Part shown: one piece after another, positions 27,646 to 36,646 of the stretch
Layout of the letters: every line of letters begins with the position of its first letter
Position numbering within the stretch: the first letter of the stretch is position 1
Source: a virus
Virus genome (UHGV): UHGV-0145872
Direction: 5' to 3' (one strand)
DNA length: 41,029 nucleotides
Made by a program: the position numbers and the translations under genes
The notes under the pieces: model-generated
Seen by the model: the letters and a program-made list of their open reading frames with translations, nothing else
What the model was told of the DNA's origin: nothing
Databases searched by the model: none

Positions 27646-27927
27646 GTGAGTGTTGAACTGACGGATAAAGGAGGACGATGTGCGGCACTGGGCATGTCAA
27701 ATGGTACGTGGTTTACCCTCCTTGATATTCCGGGGGTGGAAACCCTTTTTAATACCCGTAAAACCAATGACCCGATTGACTGCACACGTTCAAAGGCCCG
27801 CAAACTGGCGGATTTGATTGAAGCATGGGAGCCTCCCGACCACTGGTTCTCCGGCATCGGCAAATCTGAGGGAAAGACGCTTCTCATCGCTTTCCTGCGT
27901 AACTGCAAGGGGTTTCGCACTTGCTGA
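27646..27927 (+). CDS. hypothetical protein (93 aa, GTG start)
   Basis: ORF between tube and chaperone; no good RBS/start; may not be real. Confidence 0.25.
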   Translation: MSVELTDKGGRCAALGMSNGTWFTLLDIPGVETLFNTRKTNDPIDCTRSKARKLADLIEAWEPPDHWFSGIGKSEGKTLLIAFLRNCKGFRTC

Positions 27928-28024
27928 CATCACAGGGGCTCCGGCCCCTTCTTCTTAATCTCCTTTAATATCCGTCACGCGCTTCTCCCGACATACTGCC
28001 CTGAACTTACACAGGAGCACAATC

Positions 28025-28360
28025 ATGTCACAGACCCCATCCGATACTTTTAAATTGTCTTATCCCTTCACCACTGCTGCAGGCACCAGAATTGAGCTGG
28101 TTGAACTGAAACGCCTGACGGTAAAAGACCTGAAGCAGGTGCGCAAAATCAGCAAAAACCCGGCAGACTGGGACGAACCGCTGATTGCCCGCAGTACTGG
28201 TCTTCTCCCGGAAGATCTCGACAATATGGATCTGGCTGATTACCTGCAGTTACAGAAACGATTTCAGCTCATCACGGGGATGGGTGAGAGCAACCAGGGC
28301 GCTGACGCAGGCGCAGGGGCTGCTGGCGAGATGGTTCCGGTTTCAGCCGGGGGAGATTGA
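28025..28360 (+). CDS. tail assembly chaperone (111 aa)
   Basis: Small acidic protein between tube and tape measure; overlapped by a second frame, the usual two-frame chaperone arrangement. Confidence 0.55.
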   Translation: MSQTPSDTFKLSYPFTTAAGTRIELVELKRLTVKDLKQVRKISKNPADWDEPLIARSTGLLPEDLDNMDLADYLQLQKRFQLITGMGESNQGADAGAGAAGEMVPVSAGGD

Positions 28361-28442
28361 TGCCCTCGATACTGACGATCTGGAGATGTGGCTGGAGCAG
28401 GCTGAAGAGCAAATCAAAAGCGAGTACGGCGACAAATCATAG
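28025..28442 (+). CDS. tail assembly chaperone, frameshift-extended form (putative +1 shift near 28349-28353)
   Basis: Frame 0 ORF (28185..28442) overlaps the 3' half of the chaperone and runs 82 nt past its stop; a GGGGG tract at 28349-28353 just before the stop would allow a +1 slip (GGG to GGG) joining ...SAG to EIDALDTDDLEMWLEQAEEQIKSEYGDKS. Confidence 0.35.
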
Positions 28443-28517
28443 TACAGACAGCCGCCAGTAGCGGCTGTTCTGCGTTATCCCCTCACGTCTTTTCACCTTC
28501 CCCGGAGGTTAACCACT

Positions 28518-31500
28518 ATGTCGGGACAGTTTTCAGTCGGCGTTGTTATCGGCGGGATGATTGGCAGCACATTCCGTTCTGCAATGAGCGGTACCCGCCG
28601 TGCGCTTGATTCCCTGAGCGATACCTCACGCCGCCTGCAGGAACGTCAGAACGCTTTAACCCGTGCAACAGAACGTTATGGTCAACTGGGTTCTTCCCGG
28701 ATGCAGCATCTCAACAGCGAGCTGCTGCGGGTAAGCCGCACCATGGAGCAAATTGAGCGCCAGCAGCGCCGTCTGTCAGCGGCATCCGCTACCAGTGATG
28801 CGCTGAAAGCTAACCGCATGGCGCTGTATGGTCAGGGGATTGAAGCGTATGGCATGGCACAGACTGTTTATCATACGGTTTCCCCTGCCGTTCAGCAGTC
28901 CATGTCTTTTCAGGACAAAATGATTGATATGTCGATCACCGCAAAATATGACAATAAAACGCGGGATGCACTTGCCGGACAGATAAAAGGCTGGGCGCTT
29001 AAATACAATCAGTATCAGGATGAGCTGCAGGAGGCGGTGGGTTCACTCATCAGCGACAATATTGATAATGTGTCAGATATCGGTTTTCTGATGCCGGATA
29101 TTGCCCGCGCGGCAACGGCAACACGCACGTCTGCTCAGGACTGGGCAAAAGTGGCCGCAGTCTGGCAAAACTCCCTGAAAGGTGCGGCCAGAGATTTTGG
29201 TGCCGTTCAGAATATTATGGCTTATGCCGGTGACCAGGGGTCATTTGAAATCCCGGATCAGGTCAAGTGGATGCAGTCCCTGGCCCCAATGATGGCGGGT
29301 CTTGCCAGTGGAAAAGAGGCTGTTGCTGAAATCGGGGCCAGTCTCCAGATAGCAAAAATCGGTGCAGGTTCCACCGACGAAGCAGCCAATAATTTTAAAA
29401 ACTTTCTTACCAAAATTTTTGCCCGCGATACTCAGAAACAGTTTGCTGATCTGGGTATTGATTTGCAGGGATCTATTGCGAGTTATAAAGCTGCGGGGAT
29501 CTCTCCGATTGAAGGGATGTTGAGTGTTATAGAACGTTACCTCAATGCCAAAAGCCCCGAAGCGCTGGCCGGCTTCAAATCAGCCATGAAAATAAAGAAT
29601 GATACGGCAAGAGATGAGGCACTTCAGGCTCTGGCGAAAAACTTTGGTCTGGGCGATATGTTCGCGGATATGCAGGTCATGGCATTTATCCGCCCGATGC
29701 TGGCCAACATGGACAGATATCGAGAGATCCGTGCCGGTGCTCTCAGGGCTGCGGATAACGATTTGCTTGCCAGTGCTTATGATCAGCGGCTGAAATCTCC
29801 CCTTGAAGCCACTAAAACACTTATGGTCAGCAGTCGCGATCTGGCAATTACGCTGGGCGATCAATTAGCTCCATCTTTTATTTCTCTGACTCAGGAACTG
29901 CTCCCACTCATTCAGGGGACAAAACACTGGGTAGCGACTCACCCGCAATTTGTCAGTGGGGCTTTTAAGCTCATCAGTGCGCTCCTTGCGATTAAGATAG
30001 CGACTATTGGTCTCAAACTGGGGCTGAATCTCCTTATTTCCCCCTTTGTGAACGTCTGGAAAACTACTGTTTTACTCCGGACCAACTGGCATCGACTGAC
30101 TACCGCACTCGGAGAAGGTGGCAAATTACGCTGGCTTGTCACTGGATTCAGCCGACTGACCAGCGGAGGACTGAAACTCAGCAAAGTTCTGGCGGGCAGC
30201 CTCGTTCGCGGTTTTATGAGCGCTGCACGTGCCGTTCTCTGGATTGGGCGAGCGCTGATGATGAATCCCATCGGTCTCGTTATCACCGCTGTCGCGACAG
30301 CAGCTTACCTTATCTACCGCAACTGGGGGGCTGTCAGTGGTTGGTTTAAACAGCGCTGGGCTGACATTCAGGAAGCCTTTAACGGCGGCATTGTGGGAAT
30401 TGGTAAGTTGCTGATTAACTGGTCGCCGGCAGGCCTGCTCTATAAAGCCTTTGCGGCTGCGCTGAAATATTTCGGCGTTGCTCTGCCGGCAAAGTTCACC
30501 GACTTCGGTGGCCATCTTATCGACGGTCTGATTAACGGTATCAAAAACAAATGGGGGTCGCTCAAATCCAGTGTAACCGGAATGGGTGACAGCATCAGTA
30601 GCTGGTTTAAACAGCGCTGGGCTGACATTCAGGAAGCCTTTAACGGCGGCATTGTGGGAATTGGTAAGTTGCTGATTAACTGGTCGCCGGCAGGCCTGCT
30701 CTATAAAGCCTTTGCGGCTGCGCTGAAATATTTCGGCGTTGCTCTGCCGGCAAAGTTCACCGACTTCGGTGGCCATCTTATCGACGGTCTGATTAACGGT
30801 ATCAAAAACAAATGGGGGTCGCTCAAATCCAGTGTAACCGGAATGGGTGACAGCATCAGTAGCTGGTTTAAACAGTGCTGGGCTGACATTCAGGAAGCCT
30901 TTAACGGCGGTATCGCGGGAACTGGTAAGCTGCTGATTAACTGGTCGCCGGCAGGTCTGCTCTATAAAGCCTTTGCAGCTGCGCTGAAATATCTTGGTGT
31001 TGATCTGCCGGCAAAGTTCACCGACTTCGGTGGCCATCTTGTCGACGGTCTGATTAACGGTATCAAAAACAAATGGGAGTCGCTCAAATCCAGTGTAACC
31101 GGAATGGGTGACAGCATCAGTGGCTGGTTCAGCGAAAAGCTGGGCATTCATTCGCCGAGCCGCGTGTTTATGGGCTTTGGTGACAATATCGCGCAGGGGG
31201 CCGCCATTGGCCTGCAGCGGACCACTCCGCTTGCAGCTCTGGCCGGGCAGCGAATGGCCAGTGAACTGCTCCCCAGAATGCCCGTGAGCATTCAGGGGCC
31301 AGAAATACGGGATAACACTTCAGGTGTTCGCTTCAGTATGCCGTTGCCCGATATCAATGGGTTTATGTCGTCTGCTAAAAATGCGATCGGAGCCGTAATC
31401 AATAGTTTGTCTTCCATGCCCGTTATTCCGCTCTCCACCCGGGCATCGATTTTACCAGGGCAACGTCTGGCAAATGAGATGACACCGGATGTTCCCCGTA

Positions 31501-31730
31501 TCCCCTCGCCTGAAATCCTGGCTGCCGGATATTCAGGCCGTGGTGCAGCTGCAACCGGCGGTGGAACGTCTGGTGGTATCCAGGTCAGCTTTAATCCTCA
31601 GTTTTTCCTCAATGGCAGGGAAACCACAGCGCCTGCAGGACTGACTGGTGCCCTGAATATGAGTCTGCATGAGCTGGAAAAAATGCTGGAGCGTCTGCTG
31701 GCTCAGAAACAACGTAAGGAGTACCGCTGA
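28518..31730 (+). CDS. tail tape measure protein (1070 aa)
   Basis: Large alpha-helical protein downstream of sheath, tube and chaperone; GGAGG RBS; contains an internal tandem repeat. Confidence 0.85.
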   Translation: MSGQFSVGVVIGGMIGSTFRSAMSGTRRALDSLSDTSRRLQERQNALTRATERYGQLGSSRMQHLNSELLRVSRTMEQIERQQRRLSAASATSDALKANRMALYGQGIEAYGMAQTVYHTVSPAVQQSMSFQDKMIDMSITAKYDNKTRDALAGQIKGWALKYNQYQDELQEAVGSLISDNIDNVSDIGFLMPDIARAATATRTSAQDWAKVAAVWQNSLKGAARDFGAVQNIMAYAGDQGSFEIPDQVKWMQSLAPMMAGLASGKEAVAEIGASLQIAKIGAGSTDEAANNFKNFLTKIFARDTQKQFADLGIDLQGSIASYKAAGISPIEGMLSVIERYLNAKSPEALAGFKSAMKIKNDTARDEALQALAKNFGLGDMFADMQVMAFIRPMLANMDRYREIRAGALRAADNDLLASAYDQRLKSPLEATKTLMVSSRDLAITLGDQLAPSFISLTQELLPLIQGTKHWVATHPQFVSGAFKLISALLAIKIATIGLKLGLNLLISPFVNVWKTTVLLRTNWHRLTTALGEGGKLRWLVTGFSRLTSGGLKLSKVLAGSLVRGFMSAARAVLWIGRALMMNPIGLVITAVATAAYLIYRNWGAVSGWFKQRWADIQEAFNGGIVGIGKLLINWSPAGLLYKAFAAALKYFGVALPAKFTDFGGHLIDGLINGIKNKWGSLKSSVTGMGDSISSWFKQRWADIQEAFNGGIVGIGKLLINWSPAGLLYKAFAAALKYFGVALPAKFTDFGGHLIDGLINGIKNKWGSLKSSVTGMGDSISSWFKQCWADIQEAFNGGIAGTGKLLINWSPAGLLYKAFAAALKYLGVDLPAKFTDFGGHLVDGLINGIKNKWESLKSSVTGMGDSISGWFSEKLGIHSPSRVFMGFGDNIAQGAAIGLQRTTPLAALAGQRMASELLPRMPVSIQGPEIRDNTSGVRFSMPLPDINGFMSSAKNAIGAVINSLSSMPVIPLSTRASILPGQRLANEMTPDVPRIPSPEILAAGYSGRGAAATGGGTSGGIQVSFNPQFFLNGRETTAPAGLTGALNMSLHELEKMLERLLAQKQRKEYR
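30342..31124 (+). repeat. 3 x 261 bp in-frame tandem repeat inside tape measure gene
   Basis: TGGTTTAAACAGCGCTGGGCTGACATTCAGG... unit starts at 30342, 30603 and 30864; copies 1 and 2 appear identical and copy 3 differs at a few positions; encodes three 87 aa repeats. Confidence 0.85.
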
Positions 31731-32614
31731 TGTTTGCCGTACTGGGTGATATTGAGTTTGAGCTGATTACCTACTGGGACGGCTTCGAGGCCACGTTCGG
31801 CGTCGATTATGCGGAGCATGCCCGCATCGGGGGTAAGCCTGGCCTGCAGTTCGTCGGCGACAGGCTGGACGAAATCCAGATAACTCTGGTTTTCCATCAG
31901 CATTATTGTGTACCCGATGTGGAGCTGGCGAGACTGCGAACAGCCATGAAAGCCCATCAGGCACTGGCGCTGGTCTTCGGCAACGGTGACTATCGCGGCT
32001 GGTTCGTGATTACCGATGTGACTGCAACCAGCGAGCAGACTGACAGTACCGGCAACGTGCTGGCTGTCAGTGCCACCGTGTCTCTCCGGGAATACACCGG
32101 TGACCCGAAAAATCCTCTGCAACCACCGGCAATACGCACGAAGCTCCCGGGTGTCGGGGCGGTCTCCGGTGCCATTCCTTCACCTTCCGGGGTGGCGCAG
32201 TTCATCCGCAACGGCGTCAACTATGCGAAACAGGCGCAGTCTGTACTCCAGACCACTATCAGCGCCGTTCGAGTGACACAGAAAATGAAGGATAACCCCG
32301 TTGTCGCACTGACCCGTGTGCCGGGGCTGATGAGCGGACTGGGTAATATCTCCGGGGCTCTGGGGAAAAGTGTTCCGGCGTTTAACGCACTCTCTGAATC
32401 CATGCCCGATGCCATCAGTCTGGCCAGAACAGCCAGCGAAGCAGCCACGTATGTACAGCAGGCACAGTCTGCGCTGAGTGGTGTGGACAAAAGAAATATT
32501 GCAGGTGCTCTGGATACCGTTTCCGGGCAGCTTAACGCCGTCGGAACAGCATTCAACCGCATGTCTCCGGGATTAAGTGCAATGGCCGCCAGAATACTGA
32601 CGAGGAGTGTGTGA
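31730..32614 (+). CDS. tail protein (positional analogue of Mu N / DNA circularisation protein)
   Basis: 294 aa; start overlaps the tape measure stop; position. Confidence 0.45.
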   Translation: MFAVLGDIEFELITYWDGFEATFGVDYAEHARIGGKPGLQFVGDRLDEIQITLVFHQHYCVPDVELARLRTAMKAHQALALVFGNGDYRGWFVITDVTATSEQTDSTGNVLAVSATVSLREYTGDPKNPLQPPAIRTKLPGVGAVSGAIPSPSGVAQFIRNGVNYAKQAQSVLQTTISAVRVTQKMKDNPVVALTRVPGLMSGLGNISGALGKSVPAFNALSESMPDAISLARTASEAATYVQQAQSALSGVDKRNIAGALDTVSGQLNAVGTAFNRMSPGLSAMAARILTRSV

Positions 32615-32826
32615 TGTTTCTTGAACATGTTACCCGTGACGGAGAGCGCTGGGATTCGCTGGCATGGCAGTACTACGGTGACCCGCTGGGCTATCCCCGG
32701 ATTATTGCCGCCAATCCGCACGTGGCCATCACGCCGGTGCTGCCCTCCGGGCTGTTGTTACTGATCCCGGTGATTGAGGCTGAAGAAGCCCGTACAGAAG
32801 AGGATATTGCCCCATGGCTGAGATAA
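32611..32826 (+). CDS. tail protein X-like (P2 gpX family, LysM-like)
   Basis: 71 aa; motif GERWDSLAWQYYGDPLGYPRIIAANPHV...LPSGLLLLIPV matches the gpX pattern (GDTLD...YYG...ANP...LP.G) as I recall it. Confidence 0.6.
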   Translation: MMFLEHVTRDGERWDSLAWQYYGDPLGYPRIIAANPHVAITPVLPSGLLLLIPVIEAEEARTEEDIAPWLR

Positions 32827-33986
32827 ACAGCACTGCGCAAGTCACATCAGCGTTAACCGGCGTCAGCGATGTGCTGACACCGGTGTTCACTCTGTGGTAT
32901 CTGCAGAAAAACATCACCTCTGATATCGCGCCTTATGTCACCCGTGTGACCTGGAGCGATAACATCAAAAATGAGTCCGATACCATTGAGGTGGAGCTGG
33001 ACGACACCGATGGCCGCTGGCTGGATAAGTGGTATCCGGGCAAGGGTGACACGCTGACGCTGAAAATGGGCTATCAGGACGAGAAGCTGCTGTCCTGCGG
33101 TACGTTCTCTATAGACGAGATCGAAGTGAGTTCGCCCGCTTCCGTTGTTTCTATCCGTGGGGTGGCCACCTCGGTTAACAGTGCCCTGCGGACTAAAACC
33201 AGTCGTGGTTTTGAGAACACCACGCTGGCAGCTGTTGCGGGGCGGATTGCCAGAAAGCACCGGCTGAAACTGGTGGGCAGCATTGAGTCCATCAGAATCG
33301 ACCGGGTGACCCAGTATGCTGAAACCGACGTGGGTTTTCTGCGCCGGCTGGCCAGCGAGTATGGTTATGCAGTGAAAGTGGTCAGTGACCAGCTGATTTT
33401 TTCTCATCTGGCCACACTGCGCAGTCAGGAGCCGGTCAGGCAGTTAAAACCGCAGGATGTGGCCCGCTTTTCCCTGCGTGACACCATCAACCGGGTCTAT
33501 AAATCTGCAAAGGTAAAACACCAGAAAAGCAGCAGTAAAAAACTGATCGTCTACGAAGCTGATGGTGGTACCCGTGAAAGCGACAAAAAGCTCAAAGGTG
33601 GTAAGGTTACCAGCGCTGACTCACTTAAAGTTAACAGCCGCGTCAGCGACCCGGACAGTGCCCGGATTAAAGCGGATTCAGCACTGGCCAGACATAACGA
33701 ATACCAGCAGAACGGCTCCCTGACGCTGACGGGAACACCTCAACTGACAGCAGGCAACAAAATTGAACTGGTGGGTTTTGGGCAGTTATCCGGGCCATGG
33801 CTCATAACCACTGCCCGCCATGCGTTTGACCGTAACAGCGGCTACACCACAGAGCTGGAAGTGGCACGGGGGCCGATCACACAGGGCAAGGCGAAGAAAG
33901 GTAAAAAAATCGGCAAAACCCGGATGCTGACCATCTATAAACCGGACGGCAGCACGTCCACAGTAATAAGAGAGAAGAAAAAATGA
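32814..33986 (+). CDS. baseplate hub / tail protein D-like (Mu P / P2 gpD family)
   Basis: 390 aa; position after gpX-like and before the spike gene. Confidence 0.65.
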   Translation: MAEINSTAQVTSALTGVSDVLTPVFTLWYLQKNITSDIAPYVTRVTWSDNIKNESDTIEVELDDTDGRWLDKWYPGKGDTLTLKMGYQDEKLLSCGTFSIDEIEVSSPASVVSIRGVATSVNSALRTKTSRGFENTTLAAVAGRIARKHRLKLVGSIESIRIDRVTQYAETDVGFLRRLASEYGYAVKVVSDQLIFSHLATLRSQEPVRQLKPQDVARFSLRDTINRVYKSAKVKHQKSSSKKLIVYEADGGTRESDKKLKGGKVTSADSLKVNSRVSDPDSARIKADSALARHNEYQQNGSLTLTGTPQLTAGNKIELVGFGQLSGPWLITTARHAFDRNSGYTTELEVARGPITQGKAKKGKKIGKTRMLTIYKPDGSTSTVIREKKK

Positions 33987-34579
33987 CTGGTGTCACTCGT
34001 CAGGTCGGTACGGTCAGTGCCGTTGATGCCGACAGGGTTCAGGCCCGCGTTCGTCTGCCTGAATGCGATAACCTGCGCACAAACTGGCTTAACGTGCTGC
34101 AGCGCAATACCCAGGATAACAAAGATTACTGGCTCCCTGACGTGGGGGAGCAGGTTGAGGTGCTGCTCGATGCCAACGGCGAGGATGGTGTTATTCTGGG
34201 CGCGGTGTATTCAGACGTCGATAAACCACCGTTCAGTGACAAAAATATCCGGGGAACCCGGTTTGCTGATGGTGCAGAGTACAGCTACAACCGGAAGACG
34301 CACACTCTGATCATCCGGGGCGGCATTGAGCATATTGTCATTGAGTGTGGTGCTGATGTGGTATTGAAAACACAGAAAGCCACGATTGACGCACCGGAAA
34401 CCGAACTTACCGGAGATCTGCGTGTCAGGGGTAAGCTGATTTACGAAGGAGGCATGGCGGGTTCTGGTGGTGAAGGTGTTACCGCGACCATCCATGGCAA
34501 TATCGAGATTAAAGGGAATGCCCATGCCACGGGCAGTATGTTGTCTGATGGCGAAAACTCCAGCCACCACTCCCACTGA
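33983..34579 (+). CDS. baseplate spike protein (P2 gpV / Mu gp45-like)
   Basis: 198 aa; N-terminal OB-fold-like segment (GTVSAVDADRVQARVRLPE...NWLNVLQ) typical of gpV-type spikes; gene order. Confidence 0.7.
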   Translation: MTGVTRQVGTVSAVDADRVQARVRLPECDNLRTNWLNVLQRNTQDNKDYWLPDVGEQVEVLLDANGEDGVILGAVYSDVDKPPFSDKNIRGTRFADGAEYSYNRKTHTLIIRGGIEHIVIECGADVVLKTQKATIDAPETELTGDLRVRGKLIYEGGMAGSGGEGVTATIHGNIEIKGNAHATGSMLSDGENSSHHSH

Positions 34580-34633
34580 GCTTTTTAAACGCCTTTAATA
34601 TCAGCGTTCCCGCACGGGGGCAATACTGCCCCC

Positions 34634-34981
34634 ATGAAAACAACCTCAGTATTCTGGCAACCGACCCTGCAGGCTCCCGGCGAAATTGTCCGGGGGCTGG
34701 ATGATATCCGGCAGGCGATTCAAATTATCCTGCGGACTCCCCGCGGCAGCGACCCGCATCGCCCGGAGTTCGGCAGCAATCTGCATCTTTATATCGACTG
34801 GCCTGTAGACCGGGCCATTCCGCATGTGGTGCGCGAATCCGTCGATGCCATCCGACGCTGGGAGCCCCGCTGCCAGCTTATGTCAGTTAAACCCGCCGTC
34901 GACGGCGAACATCTTACGCTCCGGGTGAGCTGGAAAGGCTCAGACGGACAGACCCGGACTCAGGAGTTGCTATGGCGCTGA
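34634..34981 (+). CDS. baseplate wedge protein (gpW / T4 gp25-like)
   Basis: 115 aa; motif GLDDIRQAIQIILRTPRGSDPHRPEFGSNL matches the gp25/gpW family pattern (recalled). Confidence 0.7.
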   Translation: MKTTSVFWQPTLQAPGEIVRGLDDIRQAIQIILRTPRGSDPHRPEFGSNLHLYIDWPVDRAIPHVVRESVDAIRRWEPRCQLMSVKPAVDGEHLTLRVSWKGSDGQTRTQELLWR

Positions 34982-36075
34982 CAGAACCCGATTTTATTGA
35001 ACGCGATGCCGACAAAATCACGGCAGAAATGATTGCGAAGTATGAAGCGGATACCGGCAAAACGCTGTACCCGGCACAGGCAGAACGTCTGCTGATTGAT
35101 CTGTGGGCCTATCGCGAAATGCTGGTCAGGGTTGCGGTACAGGAGGCAGCAAAGCAGAATCTGGTCGCCTTTTCACGAGAGCCGATGATTGATTACCTCG
35201 GAGAACTGGTTGGTGTATACCGCCTTGCCGCGCAGCCTGCCACCACCACACTTCAGTTCTCTGTGGATGAGGCACTGACCATTGATGTGCTGATCCCGGC
35301 AGGCACCCGCGTCAGCGCTTCCGACAGCGTTATTTTTGCCACCGATACAGATGTGGTACTGAAGGCCGGATTGCTGCTGGTCAATGTCACGTCCACCTGT
35401 ACCGAACCCGGTACCGCTGGTAACGGCTGGCAACCTGCGCAGGTCAGTCAGTTACTCGATGAGATTGATAACGTCGACCTGCTGGTGAGCAATCTGACGG
35501 CCAGTTCCGGCGGTTCAGAACAGGAAGACGATGACAGGCTCCGGGAGCGTATCAGGCTGGCCCCGGAGTCATTCACCAATGCCGGAAGCCGTGGCGCATA
35601 CCGCTTTCATGCCATGCAGGCCCATCCCAACATTGTCGATGTTGCTGTGCTTTCCCCGGTTCCCGGGACCGTAGATCTGTATCCGCTGCTCAGTACCGGT
35701 CTGCCGGACGGCGGTGTTCTCACGCTGGTAGAGAGTTTCTGCTCTGATGAGAAAGTCAGGCCACTCACTGATACAGTGCGGGCTAAAACACCAGTGAAGG
35801 TGGATTACACCATTGAAGCCAGGATTACGATCTATCGTGATCAGGATGCCAGGTCTGTAAAAGATGCCGCTAACAGCGCCATACAGAACTGGGTGGCATC
35901 ACGTGCCGCCACGCTGGGGCGTGATATTGTCCCCAGCCAGATTATCAGTGCATTGTCCGTTTCCGGGGTGTACCAGGTTGAACTGGTGACACCGGCACTG
36001 AGGGTGGTGGCAGAAAACGAATGGGCAAACTGTACGGCGATCACACTTAACATGAGTGGAGTGTCTGATGACTGA
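34972..36075 (+). CDS. baseplate J-like protein (Mu gp47 family)
   Basis: 367 aa; follows gpW-like gene with overlapping start. Confidence 0.7.
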   Translation: MALTEPDFIERDADKITAEMIAKYEADTGKTLYPAQAERLLIDLWAYREMLVRVAVQEAAKQNLVAFSREPMIDYLGELVGVYRLAAQPATTTLQFSVDEALTIDVLIPAGTRVSASDSVIFATDTDVVLKAGLLLVNVTSTCTEPGTAGNGWQPAQVSQLLDEIDNVDLLVSNLTASSGGSEQEDDDRLRERIRLAPESFTNAGSRGAYRFHAMQAHPNIVDVAVLSPVPGTVDLYPLLSTGLPDGGVLTLVESFCSDEKVRPLTDTVRAKTPVKVDYTIEARITIYRDQDARSVKDAANSAIQNWVASRAATLGRDIVPSQIISALSVSGVYQVELVTPALRVVAENEWANCTAITLNMSGVSDD

Positions 36076-36646
36076 GCCATTACAACTCCCGCCACCGCTT
36101 GAGGGTGATATCAGTCTCAGGACGCTGGGAAGACTGGCAGGGCGGCTGGATAACATCGACCTGAGCGTACTGATGGTCTTTCTCGTCGATATCGTCGACA
36201 GTTCTGCGCTGCCATGGCTGGGCGAGCAGTTCTCACTGTCTGGCGATGGCTGGGAGCTGGCGGAATCGGACGATGTTCGCCGCATGCTTATAAAAGCAGC
36301 CATCGAACTACACCGGTATAAAGGGACGCCGTGGTCAATCCGGGAAGTTATCCGCCGTTTTGGCTTTGGTGAAGTGGATCTGATTGAAGGCACAGGTCGT
36401 CTCAGTTACGACGGCAATCGCAGCTATAACGGACTGTTTGTTCATGGAGATGCAGCCGCCTGGGCGGTTTATCGCGTTATTCTGAAACAGCCCATTACTA
36501 ACGATCAGGCCGCGATGCTGCGTCAGACGCTCGCTGCATTTGCACCGGCCCGCTGCCATCTGGCCAGCCTGGAGTATCAGTCTGTGGCCATTCGCTATAA
36601 CAATACCGCCATCCATGATGGCAGTTATAACCACGGGAGCAGTTGA
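36056..36646 (+). CDS. tail protein I-like (P2 gpI / Mu gp48 family)
   Basis: About 190 aa; position between baseplate J and tail fibre; likely start at ATG about 36068. Confidence 0.55.
   Translation: MECLMTEPLQLPPPLEGDISLRTLGRLAGRLDNIDLSVLMVFLVDIVDSSALPWLGEQFSLSGDGWELAESDDVRRMLIKAAIELHRYKGTPWSIREVIRRFGFGEVDLIEGTGRLSYDGNRSYNGLFVHGDAAAWAVYRVILKQPITNDQAAMLRQTLAAFAPARCHLASLEYQSVAIRYNNTAIHDGSYNHGSS

Noticed and set aside
30342-31124. Possible CRISPR array suggested by perfect tandem repeats
   Set aside because: Period is 261 bp with no unique spacers, and the repeat is in-frame coding sequence of the tape measure protein
30126-31151. 341 aa minus-strand ORF and three identical 62 aa minus-strand ORFs (30440, 30701, 30962)
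   Set aside because: All are antisense images of the tape measure tandem repeat; their identity just reflects the 261 bp repeat
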